Below the pieces are notes generated by a model that was not told where the DNA came from, did no database searches, and saw only the letters and a list, made by a program, of their open reading frames with translations. From contig CAJINV010000002.1 of the NCBI GenBank assembly GCA_905178155.1, forward strand, positions 634,422-698,421: a stretch of 64,000 nt of DNA, read 5' to 3'. Shown piece after piece: positions 23,901 through 35,900 of the stretch. The DNA comes from Amoebophrya sp. A120. Lineage: Eukaryota > Protista > Dinoflagellata. How positions within the stretch are numbered: the stretch's first letter is position 1; the number at the start of each line of letters is the position of its first letter. Both the position numbers and the translations under genes were made by a program.

Positions 23901-26900
23901 TGTTGGATGGAGTCGAGATTCCGCTCGACCCATTTTCTTCGTGCGTCGGAAGCGAGGGTTTGCAGGTGTTCCTGGTTGCGCTGTAGTTCCTCCTGCTGTT
24001 TCTGCTGCAGCTGCTCCAGGTGCTGCTCCCGGTACACTGCCGCCTTGTTTCCCTGTGCGCGTCCGTTCGTGATATCCAACAAACCCCGGCAGAGAATCTC
24101 CAAAGGCTTATCAACGCCCCGCGCTTGCAAAACCTTTTATTTTTGCGTTTTTTTTTTGAGTTACGAGATAACAAACAGTGCGCGACTACGAAAGAACAGG
24201 TTCGTCACAAAGCATATCAAGCGCACTACTTCACTGTGAGAAAAACTAGGACTACGGCACTACAAACACTCCACTACTGAAACTAACGTCTACCAAACTT
24301 TCAAAAAACAGAATCTCCATCGTCATCACTACTGTACATCGCAAAACGCCGCCCAGAACGCCGGCTCGCCGTCGAGGACGATCACTGTTCTGTTTGTAGG
24401 GTCCTTTTTGTCCTTTTCCTCCTGCATTTTTGCGATCTTCTTGTTTGCCAACGACACCAACTGTTGTTTCTGGTCGATCAGTATGAAATGCAAAAGTGTC
24501 TGGGTCTGGAAGGATGCAACTTGTCATGCTAAATCTGAAGCATGCAAAAATCTGTGTTGCATGAGTGCCAAAAGCTGTTCGCTTTCAATCTCATGCAGGA
24601 CAGGCATGAGAGAGACCTCACAAACTCTGTCATGCTAGGTTCCGCATTCCAGATCCAAGGGTCATGGAAAACCTGCTGCATGACGAGTTTACACTCTTCC
24701 AGAGCCAGACACTTTTGCACTTCATAGTCAGCAAGTCCAAGACCTGCGGGCTGTTGCTGCACAAAGCAGACTTGACGCCGTCCAGGTCGAAGACCGGGTG
24801 CGATAAGCCCAACCCTTTCCACCTGAAGAAAGGAAATCAACGCGACAGTCATGCTGAAATGCGACAAGCCTAAACCGTCAATGTTGAAGAAAGGAAAAGC
24901 ATAGTCATCATGAAAATCAAAATTATAAGTGCTCGCGATCATGAAAACGCCATAGCTGGCATGAGAAGCCTATCATGACAATACCAGTGTAAAAAAAAAT
25001 TACCAAGTCATAAACGTCTCCACAGTGCAATTGACGGCAACCCGTGCCATTAGGGTCCACATCACCTTGTGGACACCGTGGCGCAGGTCCCGACCGTTGT
25101 GCGGCGCGGCGTTGTAGACATTCTTTTTGAGTCGCAGGGCGAGTTGCTGGAAATTTGTTTTGTCCTTGGACTTTCTGTATGCAGCGCAAACAGAAATGAC
25201 TGGGCCTGGAAGGGTGCAGCCTGTGCCGTTGCATTTGATCACACAGCAAATTAAGCAGTCTGTCATGCGAAAGTAAGTTTGTCCTGCGGAAGTAGGTCTG
25301 TCATGCGAAAATATGTCTGCCATGCGAAAATAAGTCCGGCATCAGCATGCCCACAGAGAAAAAGTCTGTCATGCGAAAGTATAAAAACGGCAGTCATGCG
25401 GGAGCGACATCGTAGAGGACGCGAGTGCCGTGGCTCATGCATAACATGCATCACAAATCCCCACTCTTCCAGGCCTAGACTCATTTTTTTATCTGTCATA
25501 CGGTAATGCTGAAGCACAGCGGGCTCGCCCAAGCGTTCACCTTTGCGTGCGCGGCCCTCGGGGCGGCGTTAACATTCAGCATGAACTGCTTTAACAATCC
25601 GTCGACCCGGTCCGGTTCCTCTTCGTATTCATCCTCATCGCCCAGCTCCGCATTTGAATCGAAGTCGAGGTCGAACGGGTCCCTCATCGCCTTCTTCTTT
25701 TTAGCGTCTTTTTTGGCTTTGGCGGATTGTTCGCAACCTGAGTTTTGGTTTTATTTTGCTAGTCGATTTCTTTGCCACTCAGGGCCATGCGTTTACTCTT
25801 ATGGCGCAGACTGAGTCTAATACTGTGGCATCTTCTATCTACCTAGCTATGTACTAACCATGCAAAAGCTTCGCGACGAGGCTATCAATATAGGAATAGC
25901 TCATCTTATAAACGACAAAGAACTTGCAGCTGCGGCAGCTATGGGCTGCCGTTTTTGTGTGAAAGAGGATAAAAATACGCTGCTGCGCTTCGGTCAACCA
26001 CTGCTGGAACGCCACCGTACCACGTAATTTCCCCACTTGCTTCGCCGTGGGCTTTTCCTGCCGGAAGTGCGTCCTGCACTCGTTCTGCAATCCGAGCGGA
26101 ATCTCTTCCCATTGAAGGTTCAAACTTGACAAATCCTTCTTGGTCAGCCCGACGCCCTTTGCTGCTTTCTGCAGCTCAGCGAGCGCAAACTCGGGAGTAA
26201 ATTTCCACGCCATGGCTATGCTTTTACTTTGTTGTTGTTCAGAATTAAAAGTTTTTTCGAAACAAACGGGTTTTTGAAAATAGATTTTTGGCGCTACGAA
26301 AGCACCCCGTACTTGGCTCGGGTTACCTAAGCAACCTGCTTGTGTTTGGTAATCGAGGACGAAGGTTTTTCTGGGTAGTGGCAGTGGTAGTAGCAACAGT
26401 AGTAACACTAGTAGAAAGAAGTAGCACTAGCAAGCTTGCTAGCTTCTGCAATGAAGGACTTGCTTCCACAAAGAAAAAAAGAGTGACAATCTTATACATA
26501 TCCAGGAAAAAAAGGACGAGCTCGCGCCCACCATGGACGAGAAAAAACGGAAAAAAAGAACCGATGGGAGCACGGAAGTGGTGCTTGCGCTCCTGGGTGC
26601 ACTCGTGTGTCACTCTATATTTCTCAGCTTGCTACTCACAAAAACACGCGGACGGAAATCAATGAAGCGCGCCCACAAGAAGGCAATCGAGCCGCTAGTA
26701 GAGGCTAGGACTTAGAAACGAGGTCGAGCCGCCGCTTCAGTTATTAGGCGCAGCGCAGGCGGACCGCACCTACACAAACAAAAACAGGCTTATGGACCCA
26801 CCAGGAGAAACAACCTAATGTTGTAGGCCAGTGAACATAGATATCTATGCTAAGGCCGCGGGCCTTCTCCAGCCTCCAGTGGCCCGGCCAATTTGTTCCT

Positions 26901-29900
26901 GTTCCCACAAGCGGGGCGTGTTCGTTTTTTCGTGATTTGCAGCTTTTTTTTCGCGTTTTGCAACTTTTTTTTCGCGTTTTGCAGCTTTTTTTTCGCATTT
27001 TCCTTCTTTTTTATTTGTCCTTGCCGGTTTTCGATCGGGTTTTCTCCAGCCAATTGCGGGAAAGCGAATTTCCTTGCGAGTGGCCGGGCAGCCCTCGAAC
27101 GAAAACCCGCAAAACCCGAAAAAAAATGTACAAAACGCAGCAAAAAAATCCCGAAAACGCGAAAAAAGATGGCAAAACGTAGAAACCAAACACTGCGGCC
27201 CACCTGCCGCCGCCGGGTGGCAAAACAGCCGAAGGCACGGCTTCCCAACATTAGGGCAATGGCGGACGCGACAAGACAGATGGCCCGCGGCATCCGGGCT
27301 CGAAGCAAGTCATGAAGTTCCACCACAAATCATGTCCAAAAAAATCAGAATCATCCGCCAAAAAAATCAGAAAAATTCGGCAAAAAATTCGGCAAAGTGC
27401 GGAAAACCCTAAGTGAAACCTAAGTTGAGCCTAAGTTTTTCCTAAGTGAAACCTAAGTTTTTCCTAAGTGAAAGTTGGGCCATACCATGCGGCTTCACTT
27501 AGGTTTGACTTAGGTTTGACTTAGGTTTGACTTAGGTTTGACTTAGGTTTCACTTAGGCCAAAATCCGACCCCCCTCATTTTCGACTTAGGTTTGACTTA
27601 GGTTTGACTTAGGTTCGACTTAGGTTCGACTTAGATTTCAAGTAGCCCTCGCCGGGGTTTCGAGTGGCTGCGGCATGAAACAGGCGCGCGCCGCTTGTGG
27701 AATTTCGGGAGGCCAATGCCCGCCGTTTTTTGCCATTTTCGCAAATATTTTTGCCATTTTCGCAAGTTTTTTTTGCGATTTTCGCAAGTTTTTCTGCCAT
27801 TTTCGCAAGTTTTTTTGCTAATTTCGCAAGTTTTTGTTGCGAAGCTGAGCGCGGAACCGCGAAAAACGAATCGCCGGGAAGGATCCCACCGGCAATGGCT
27901 TGTAGGCCATGAGGGTGAGGCCCATAAATAAAGAGGCCACGCGCCGAAAATACCCCGGGGACCCCGGGCGGCCAGATGTCATGCTTCCCGTCCCAAGCAC
28001 CTTGTTTTTCTGCGTTTCGCAACTTTTTTTCCCGATTTTGCGAAAAAATGTCCGGAAACAAGAAGAAAAGGGCCACCGCTGGCCCCCCGCAAGCCCAGGC
28101 GACGCCCCCGGGGGGGGCGAGGGAATGAGCCCAGGCGCCTGGGCTTCCGGGGGGCCAACGGTGGCCCTTTTTTCCCTGTTTCGTAAGGTTTTTCCGCAAA
28201 AGCGGCAAAAAAAGTCGCGAAACGCAGAAAAACGAGGCGGCCGGGGCCCCCGTCGGCACCCGCGCTAAGTTTGCGGGGAAGGGGAGCGATTCCACGGCAC
28301 CCGGGCGCACGGCCCCAGGCGCACTGCTGAAAAGGGCCACACACTGGTCCCGGCCGCGCGCCTTCTTGCCTTTCTCGATTCCGACGGGCCCGCGTTCATT
28401 TTTCGCGATTTGGCCATGAAAAAGCCCAAAAACGCCAAAAAAAAGGGTAGAAACGCAAAAAAAAATGCGCAAAAGCGCCAAAAAAACCCCAAAAAAGCAA
28501 AGTCCAAAGCGCCAAAAGCCCAGGCGACACCCCCGAGAGGGAAGGGGGAGCAGCCCAGGCGCCGGGGCTCGCGGGGGGCCAACGGTGCCCCTTTTCTTGC
28601 TGTTTCCCAACATTTTTCCGCAAAATCGGCAAAAAAAATGGCGAAACGCAGAAAAACGAAGCGGCCGGGAACCCCGTCGGCGGCCGCGCTGAGTGCGCGG
28701 GAAAAGGAAGCAACCCCACGGCCCCCGACGAAATGCTGAAGAAGGCCGCAGCCCGGTCCCAGCCGCCCGCCTTCTTGCTTTTGCGGATTCCGGCGGGCCC
28801 GCGGTCATTTTCCGCGGTTTTGCAAAAAAAAGCCCAAAAACGCAAAAAAAAAGCCGAAAAACGCCAAAAAAAAGCTGCAAAACGCAAAAAAAACGCCAAA
28901 AAAAGTCCAAGCAAAGCGCCAAGCGGCTTGTTTCTCTTTTTCTCTGAAATGGCTCCGGTCGCGTCTTGCACAACCTCAAAAAATGATCCTAAGTATTTCC
29001 GGCAAAGAATGATCTCCAGAGATCACATTCGCCATACCATAGACCTCACCTTGTCGTCGGTCTTTCAAAAGTGGTTTCGTTTTAGTAATGCTTCGTCAAA
29101 TCCTTTTCGCGGTCTGTCTCGCTCTTTGGATCGCTGTCTAAATTGCTGCTGAGCTTGATTGATTGATGCTTCCAGCAAAGCTCTCCATTCAATGATAACG
29201 AAGCACGACGCGCTTCAATATCCTCGGGGGGCACTCTCGTATTGCAAACGCGTTGAATTACCATAGCGCCTCATAAAATGTTGAATAAATCAGCAGAACG
29301 CCCCAAAAAAACCTTGCATCTGGTGTCTCTCGTTCGCACGACGGCTGCTGGCTGGTGTCATTCCGGCGGCAAAAGGGTCTCTCGCGGTTGCGCTTTGGCT
29401 GCTGGCTGCTTCGGCGCGGGCCCGGCCCCCGGCGCCACGATAGCGCGACTTCCAGCTTTGGCTTTACCGCCCGCTTTCGGCTTAGCCTTTACTCCCGGCT
29501 TTGCACCTGTTCGCGCCGTGGGTGCCGTGCGTCCAATGCTGCCCGGCAGCGCGGACGGAGCCGCCGCCGGGGGTGGCGCAGTCCGGCTCGGCTCGTTTCC
29601 GGAAGCTGCGAGCAGTGGCTGGGCCGCCTGCTTCCCTATCGGCTTTGCGTGCTGTTTTTTCGGATTCTGCTTCTGCTGGGCCTGCCCCCGCGCGGCGCCC
29701 GCTGCAGCAGCCGCTGCGGCGGCGCGGTGCTTTTCCAGCGCGACCGCAACTTGAGTCAGGGTGGTCACCGTACCCAACGTAACCTCCTTCAACCTGGTGT
29801 AGGTGGCCACGCGGCCATACTTTCCGAGTTTGCTACCAACTATGGAAGCCAGGGGGCGGGCGTATTTTTCCAGCTCGCTCTGGATGTACTTCAAGCGCTC

Positions 29901-32900
29901 CTCTGCGGTCCCGAACTTTTGCGTTACGTCGCCACGCTTGAGAGCTACGTCCAGAAGGAGAGACACGCGGCAGGCGTACAGCCTCGCCAGCTTCCACGCG
30001 GTGTCGGAAGTCTCCCGCTTCAGCTGGTAGTTGAATGTCCGCACGCCGAGCTGAGACCGAAGGCCGAGGATCTTGCGGATCGACTGTCCGTACTGTGGCA
30101 AAGCGCACAAGACCGGAAGGTACTTGCGGTAGACCGGCTCCAACGGCTCCACCTTGACGCTCCTCTCGCTGCTTATTGTTATGGAGAAGCCCCGGTCGGT
30201 TGCGCCATGCCGAACTGTTAATCTCTCTGAACGGAGACGACGCTTCCGCTCTGCCGTCGAAAGCAAGTGCAGGTATTGGCCCCGGGCTTCCGGGATTCCG
30301 CGCACGGCGTCCTTTTCTTCACCACTCGACTCCTGCTCACTCGCGGAGCCTTCCTTCTCACTCGCGGAGCCTGGACCTGGGCCTGCGCTGCTGGAGGTGG
30401 CGGACGACGTGGCTGCGGACGACGACGTGGAGACCTCGCGCTCGGCCGCAAGCTTCCGCGCAGGCGGAGCCGCGTTTTCTGGCCTTTTCGATTTAACTTT
30501 GCGAGCCGCAAGACCGGCTACCTTTGGCTTTTCGGGTAGAACAGAATCCCAGGCCATCAGCGGGTTCCGACGGTTAGAACCGCCCAGACTCTTCCCGCTA
30601 TCTTCGTCGCTGCTGCCAAAGTCGATGTCTGCTTTCTGCACCAGCTCGACTTCGCCGCTTCTGGGAATTTGCACAGTAAAACTCTCTTCCACTGCTGCAA
30701 CGCCACCGCCTTCAAGCCGCACGGAATGAAGGCGGATTTTCTTCTGGTCGAAGAACCGCAGGCGGTTTCTGTACTCGGGTGAGCAGAAAAACGCGTCCGC
30801 CGCAAGTGTCTCCGGCAGTCGCACTTCTTTGAGGTCCTTCTCCGCGTCGTAAATCGGGCTCACCATCACGCCGCCGAAGGCGTACGGTGAGCGCGAAATG
30901 TAGTACACTAGGCAGTACGCCGGAAAGCAGGCAGCGTCTTTGAAGATTTTGTTTGCGGGGACGAACACAAGATCGGCGCTCTGCTGCTGCTGTTGGCCGC
31001 CGCCCGGTGCTGTGTCTTCCCCGCCGTTTCCCTTGGGCCGCACCCCGACGGAGAACTCGATCAAAATGGCATTTTCGGGTCGGGAGGAAAAAAACTCGTC
31101 AACCAACGGCATCTGATTCTGAAACAGCTCACCAACCTCCACTGCCTCGCGCCGCCGCTCCTGCACTTCGTATATCCAGGCCGCAAGCTTTCCCCAATTC
31201 TCTTTACATGACCGGGAGGTTTGGACCCAGGCGCATAAGCGCTCGACCCCGGACGGTGGAAAGCGGTACAACTCCGTCGCGACTATGCCGCGGGCTTCTT
31301 CCAGGCCCGGGATTTTTTCGCCATACAACCGCGCCCGCAGATCATCGCGCTGCTCGCTCTTTTTGTACTGCAGCTCCGGGTTCTTGTCGCTCCTGTGTGC
31401 CTTCTTGCGTTTATTCTGTCCCGTCCCCACGTTGGCGTAGAAGTGGAGCTTCGTCAGCTCTTTCAGTTTGCTGTAGTACCGCAGCTGGCATGATGCGCGG
31501 TCATCTCTCTCTATTTCAGCCCGCACACGCTTCTGTCTCTCCGCCCAGTAATCTGCCTCCGCTTTTTCCTGCGCCTTCACCTGCTGAACCCGCAGCTGCT
31601 CGACCTGCTGCTGCAGATTGACGCGATCCTTATCCATCTCCTCTTTAAACTATGAAGTGCAAAAGTATCGCACTCGTGCAAATGCATTACAAATTTGAAT
31701 TTCCTCAGCATGAAAAATAAAATAAAAATTTGTAATGCGCATTTGCCTTAAGAAAAACATTTGTAATGCATGATTGCAATACGAGCACGATACTTTTGCA
31801 CAGGATATAAACTTCTGGCCAACAATGCCCGTTTTCCCTTTTTTGTACAAGTTCGAAACACTGACGACGCGCTTCTTCTTTGCAAGCTCTGCAGCAGTGT
31901 ATCCGCCCGGAAGGACCGGCGACTTCGATGTGGAATCGGATCGCTCTGACTCGGACTGCGATAACAACTCCGACCCAGATGAGAGATCCGGATCGAAATC
32001 GCCGTCAGAGGGCTCGCTTCCGTATTTCTTGTAGTCCTTCGCATTCAAGCGCCCCCGCAAGGCGTCCTGCCGGATGAGAATGGAAGAAATCCGCAGTATG
32101 CCACGGTAGGCAGACTGGAACTCCTGCTGCAGCAATTTCCCCCGTCCTAGCTTTTGTTCTGCGGTCGCCTGCGTTCTCGGGCACTGGCACATCCCAGCCA
32201 GTACCATGTCAACGAATTTTACTCGCCGGCTGTGATCCGAGATCCGAAGCAACTGCTTCCTCCAGATGGTCAAACACACAGAGCCGCACGAATTCTCTGG
32301 GAACTCGGGAGCGTGGAAGAGGAATTTGCGAAGATAGGTGGAGCGCTGAGATTCCTGGCCCGCTTCCGGTGAACCGTTATCCAAAGCCGCGGCGGTGTTG
32401 TATTCGAGACAAAACTTCTGGAACGGGCAGCGATCAACGCTTGCGATGATCATGTGGAACATGACCGCCTCCGCAACGAGGGCGTGCTGCGCCTTCGCGA
32501 GTAGGTCCTTCTTCTTTTCCATCGTCAGGAGAGCTTCGCGCAGCGTCACAAACTGCATCTCCTCCAGAATCTGCGTCTCCTCTTGCAGGACCTGAAACGC
32601 TTTCCGAAAGCGTTTCTCGGCTGTCCGCTGAAGCTCCACGTTGGTCTCGTAAGTGTGCCGCTTCTTCAGAAACGAGAAGCTCGAAAAATCGTCCAGCGGG
32701 TTGGCAAGGTACCCGAGCAGAAGATGCGCGACTCTGTAGCAGGCATGCTGCAGCCCTTTGTTGTTTTTCACCAACTTCCACTCCTCGACCGAAAGGTAAT
32801 GTGGAGCATTGTCGCCCGCGGAAAAGATCATTTCTGTGTACCCGAGTGCGTCAATCACGGCCAGACGGCGGCAGGCGCGACCAAAAGTCAGCCACCTTTG

Positions 32901-35900
32901 GTGGGTGGGCTGCTTCAGCAGTCTGTACAAGGCTACCCAGGCCTTGACAACGTTTGTTTTCTGTTCCTTGCTCTGCACCGATATTTTCAGCGGGACACCG
33001 TCTCCACCCGGGTCCAGCTCCACGTATGCGTCCTCCATTGCTTTCGCAAGATCCCGCTCACGCATGTGCTCCAGGAACCGGCTCCAAGACCCGATGGCGT
33101 GTTGGTTCTTTAGCCTGTGCGCCGCCTCCTGTCCGGGCAGGCCGTTATAACCCGGCCGAATCTGCACAACCTTGTCGGCCTGCTTCTCTACGATCTCGCG
33201 AACGGTGGCAGAGCTCATGTTCATCTGCCTCGCCTGCAGATACGTCTTTTTCTCAATGAGCGGCATGTCCAGCTTCGTCGTATCCAGTGCAAAAGCGTCT
33301 GGGTCTGGAAACGTGGAACTTGTAATGCTGGTCTTGTAATGCTGGCTTGCAGTTGCTCCCCGGCATAACCAACAAAAGCTGCAACTGTTCTTGTCATGCA
33401 GAAAAGCAATCTCTCACGCTGGCTGCCTGTGAGAAAACGTTTTAGAAAGTTTTCACGCTTGGCTGCATTCACAGCTGTTTCCGTCACCCACGTTTTAGCA
33501 TCACAAGTTTCTTTTCCAGACCCCGAACTAGATATCTGCAATGCATACGTTGTAGTTCCGAGTAACTGCGAGGCGTGCTTGCCGATGTTCGCCGTGCTGT
33601 GCTCGTCGCAAGGTACAAAAATCGGCAACCACACCAAGGCTGGGCACTCCCGCTCCATACGATGCTCGACGATGAGGATGGAGCACATTACAGTTGCGCT
33701 TTCGGCGCCATCGCCGGAAAAGATTGCGGCAAAGGGGTCGGAAATACCATTGAACTCTAGTCCGTACGACATCACGGTGTTTGCGAGGCGGACGGCATCG
33801 CGCTCGTGCGGCAAAAGGTCCGGGTGGTGGCTCAAGCGATGCGGGGGCTTGTAGTGGATGTGTATCGGAAGGTTCGGAACCCGTGGCCATTTATTTGGCT
33901 CTTCCCCGTCGACAGCAAACCAGCAGCTGCCGTGGCAGACCGTCCACATTGCGCTCGGGTTGAGCGTCCGCTTCTTCGTCCTGGTGCCCCTCGACGTTCC
34001 GTCAACGCAAAACCGCGTCATCACTGCGCACTTCCCTGCAATTTTGTATGCTTCGCGCAAAGCTTTGGGACTTGCTGTGACCGCGAAGTCACTCAAAAGC
34101 ATCGCAGTCTTCAGGTACCCATCCGTTCGGGGGTTGCTGCGGTAGTTGAAATACTTCTCGACATACCTGCGGATCTTTTTCTGCTTTTTCTTCCGCCGGC
34201 GCTGCTTCGACATCCTGCAAAACCTCCCCATCTTGTTTCGTTTTGTTTTCCGTTTACGCGGCGCTATCTCACAGAAATTTGCTAGCTTATATGAATCTGC
34301 TTGCTGACTCCCGCAGGACAAAGACGGCTGCTGCTGCTCCCCATGCATGACTGAAGTGCGAAGTCCAAATCGTCCCGGGTCTGCATTACAAGCTGCAGAT
34401 AATTCCTATTGTTTTGGAGCACGCAGGTGATGACCCATGCCCTATTCTTCACTTCGTTATACTTATATTAAGACTGGGTCTACAACGAGCAAGAGTTCGT
34501 TGCTGAGAAGCTAGCGTTTTTCTGTCAGATACGTGAACCGCCGTCGCCGGAGCCGTCTCCATCGGACGAGGGCGCTGAACTCAAAGATCGCGATGATTCT
34601 GCTCGCGATGCGGACCCGGAACTGCTGCTCCGACTGCTCTCCGAATCCGTAGAAGAAGACGACCGAGAAGTTTCTGACGACGCCGCCGAAGACGTTGCAG
34701 CCCCGAGCGCCCTGTTTTTGCGGCGCCTTCGCCGCTTGTTCTCTTGTTTTCGTTTCTCCTCCGCCCGCGCTGCAAGAGGTGTGGCCTCTCGTGCCCGCAT
34801 TTTTCTTCGCATCACCGGCTTCGCTTTTCCACCCGCCTTGGCGCGCGGCCGCGGTTTCCCAATTGGCGCCGGAGGCTCACTATCAAATGCGAAAATGTCT
34901 GGGTCTGGAAGACTCTGAGATTTGTCATGCATGTTTTGTATGACAACCCAGGATGGACGTCTGTAATGCACAACCGCGCATCACAGATTTTGAGAGGACT
35001 TCCTGATGCCTACTCCGCATGAAAGAAGAACGCCCTCCCCGCGTAGCACGAACTACTAGACTCCATTTGCTGGCCATGCAATACAGATAGAGTCCAAAGT
35101 TAGCATCACAAGTTCCGATCTTCCAGACCCCGACATTTTTGCATTTGATACTCACCGCCTGCTGACGATTCCACCGAGGACGATTCCTGGTGCGCTACCA
35201 CCGCACGACGAGCAGCGGCAGCGATGTTTGCGAGCGGCTGAGCAGGGTGGCGGTTTGCGCATCCTCTGGAAAAACATCGATCTCCCTGCTTCCGGATTCA
35301 GGCACTGCCTGAGACTTCTGCTTGGCATCACAAGTCGTAGATCCAGACCACATGCATCCATGGAGACACCCCGGACTCGATACAAAAGGAACGAACAGGA
35401 AGCTACAGCTAATATACAAATAGAACAAAACTAATAGTGAACTTTGTCGACAGAAGATCCTACTACGAGTCGAGTGTGTCTCCTCTCACTGCAGCGAAGG
35501 AAGTCAAGGAGAGCTCCACCCCAATGAGCGGAGGGTACTGCTGCAGCCATGCCGATCATTCTACGGGCTATTTGCAAACTCCGACGCTCGCGAGCCTTCC
35601 GAGCGTCCGGAACGACGATACCGTCGCGCTTGGGCAGGTGGTGGCGCCGTCTCTAGCAGATCCGCGAACAAGAAGTGAGCTCCAGCGGGCAGAAACCCGT
35701 GTCGTACAGCCAGAAGGTCGAAAAGCGCAGACGCAACAAGACGAAACGCGGCGACCGCGCCTGCCTATAAGCGCGAGGGCATCTTATTTTCTGGCTCCTG
35801 GTGCAGAAATCGACTCGCATACTGTGACGCTTTTCATTGGCGTCTTGGAGGACGAAGAAACAGAAGTTAGCAACTATAGCGACCCTCTCACGCGAGGACG

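Noticed and set aside
27408-27635. Interstitial telomere (TTAGG-like) or CRISPR array
   Set aside because: The unit is 11 bp rather than a 5-7 bp telomeric repeat, there are no spacers, and the same motif belongs to the transposon TIRs.
26744-28979. Long F/K-rich ORFs, including the 456-aa ORF
   Set aside because: Open in several frames because of the A/T-tract composition; not protein-like.
29358-34348. This transposase as the enzyme that mobilises the introners
   Set aside because: Its own element has an 8-bp TSD and CCTAAGT-type TIRs, whereas introners have 5-bp DRs and different TIRs. Not excluded, but unsupported.
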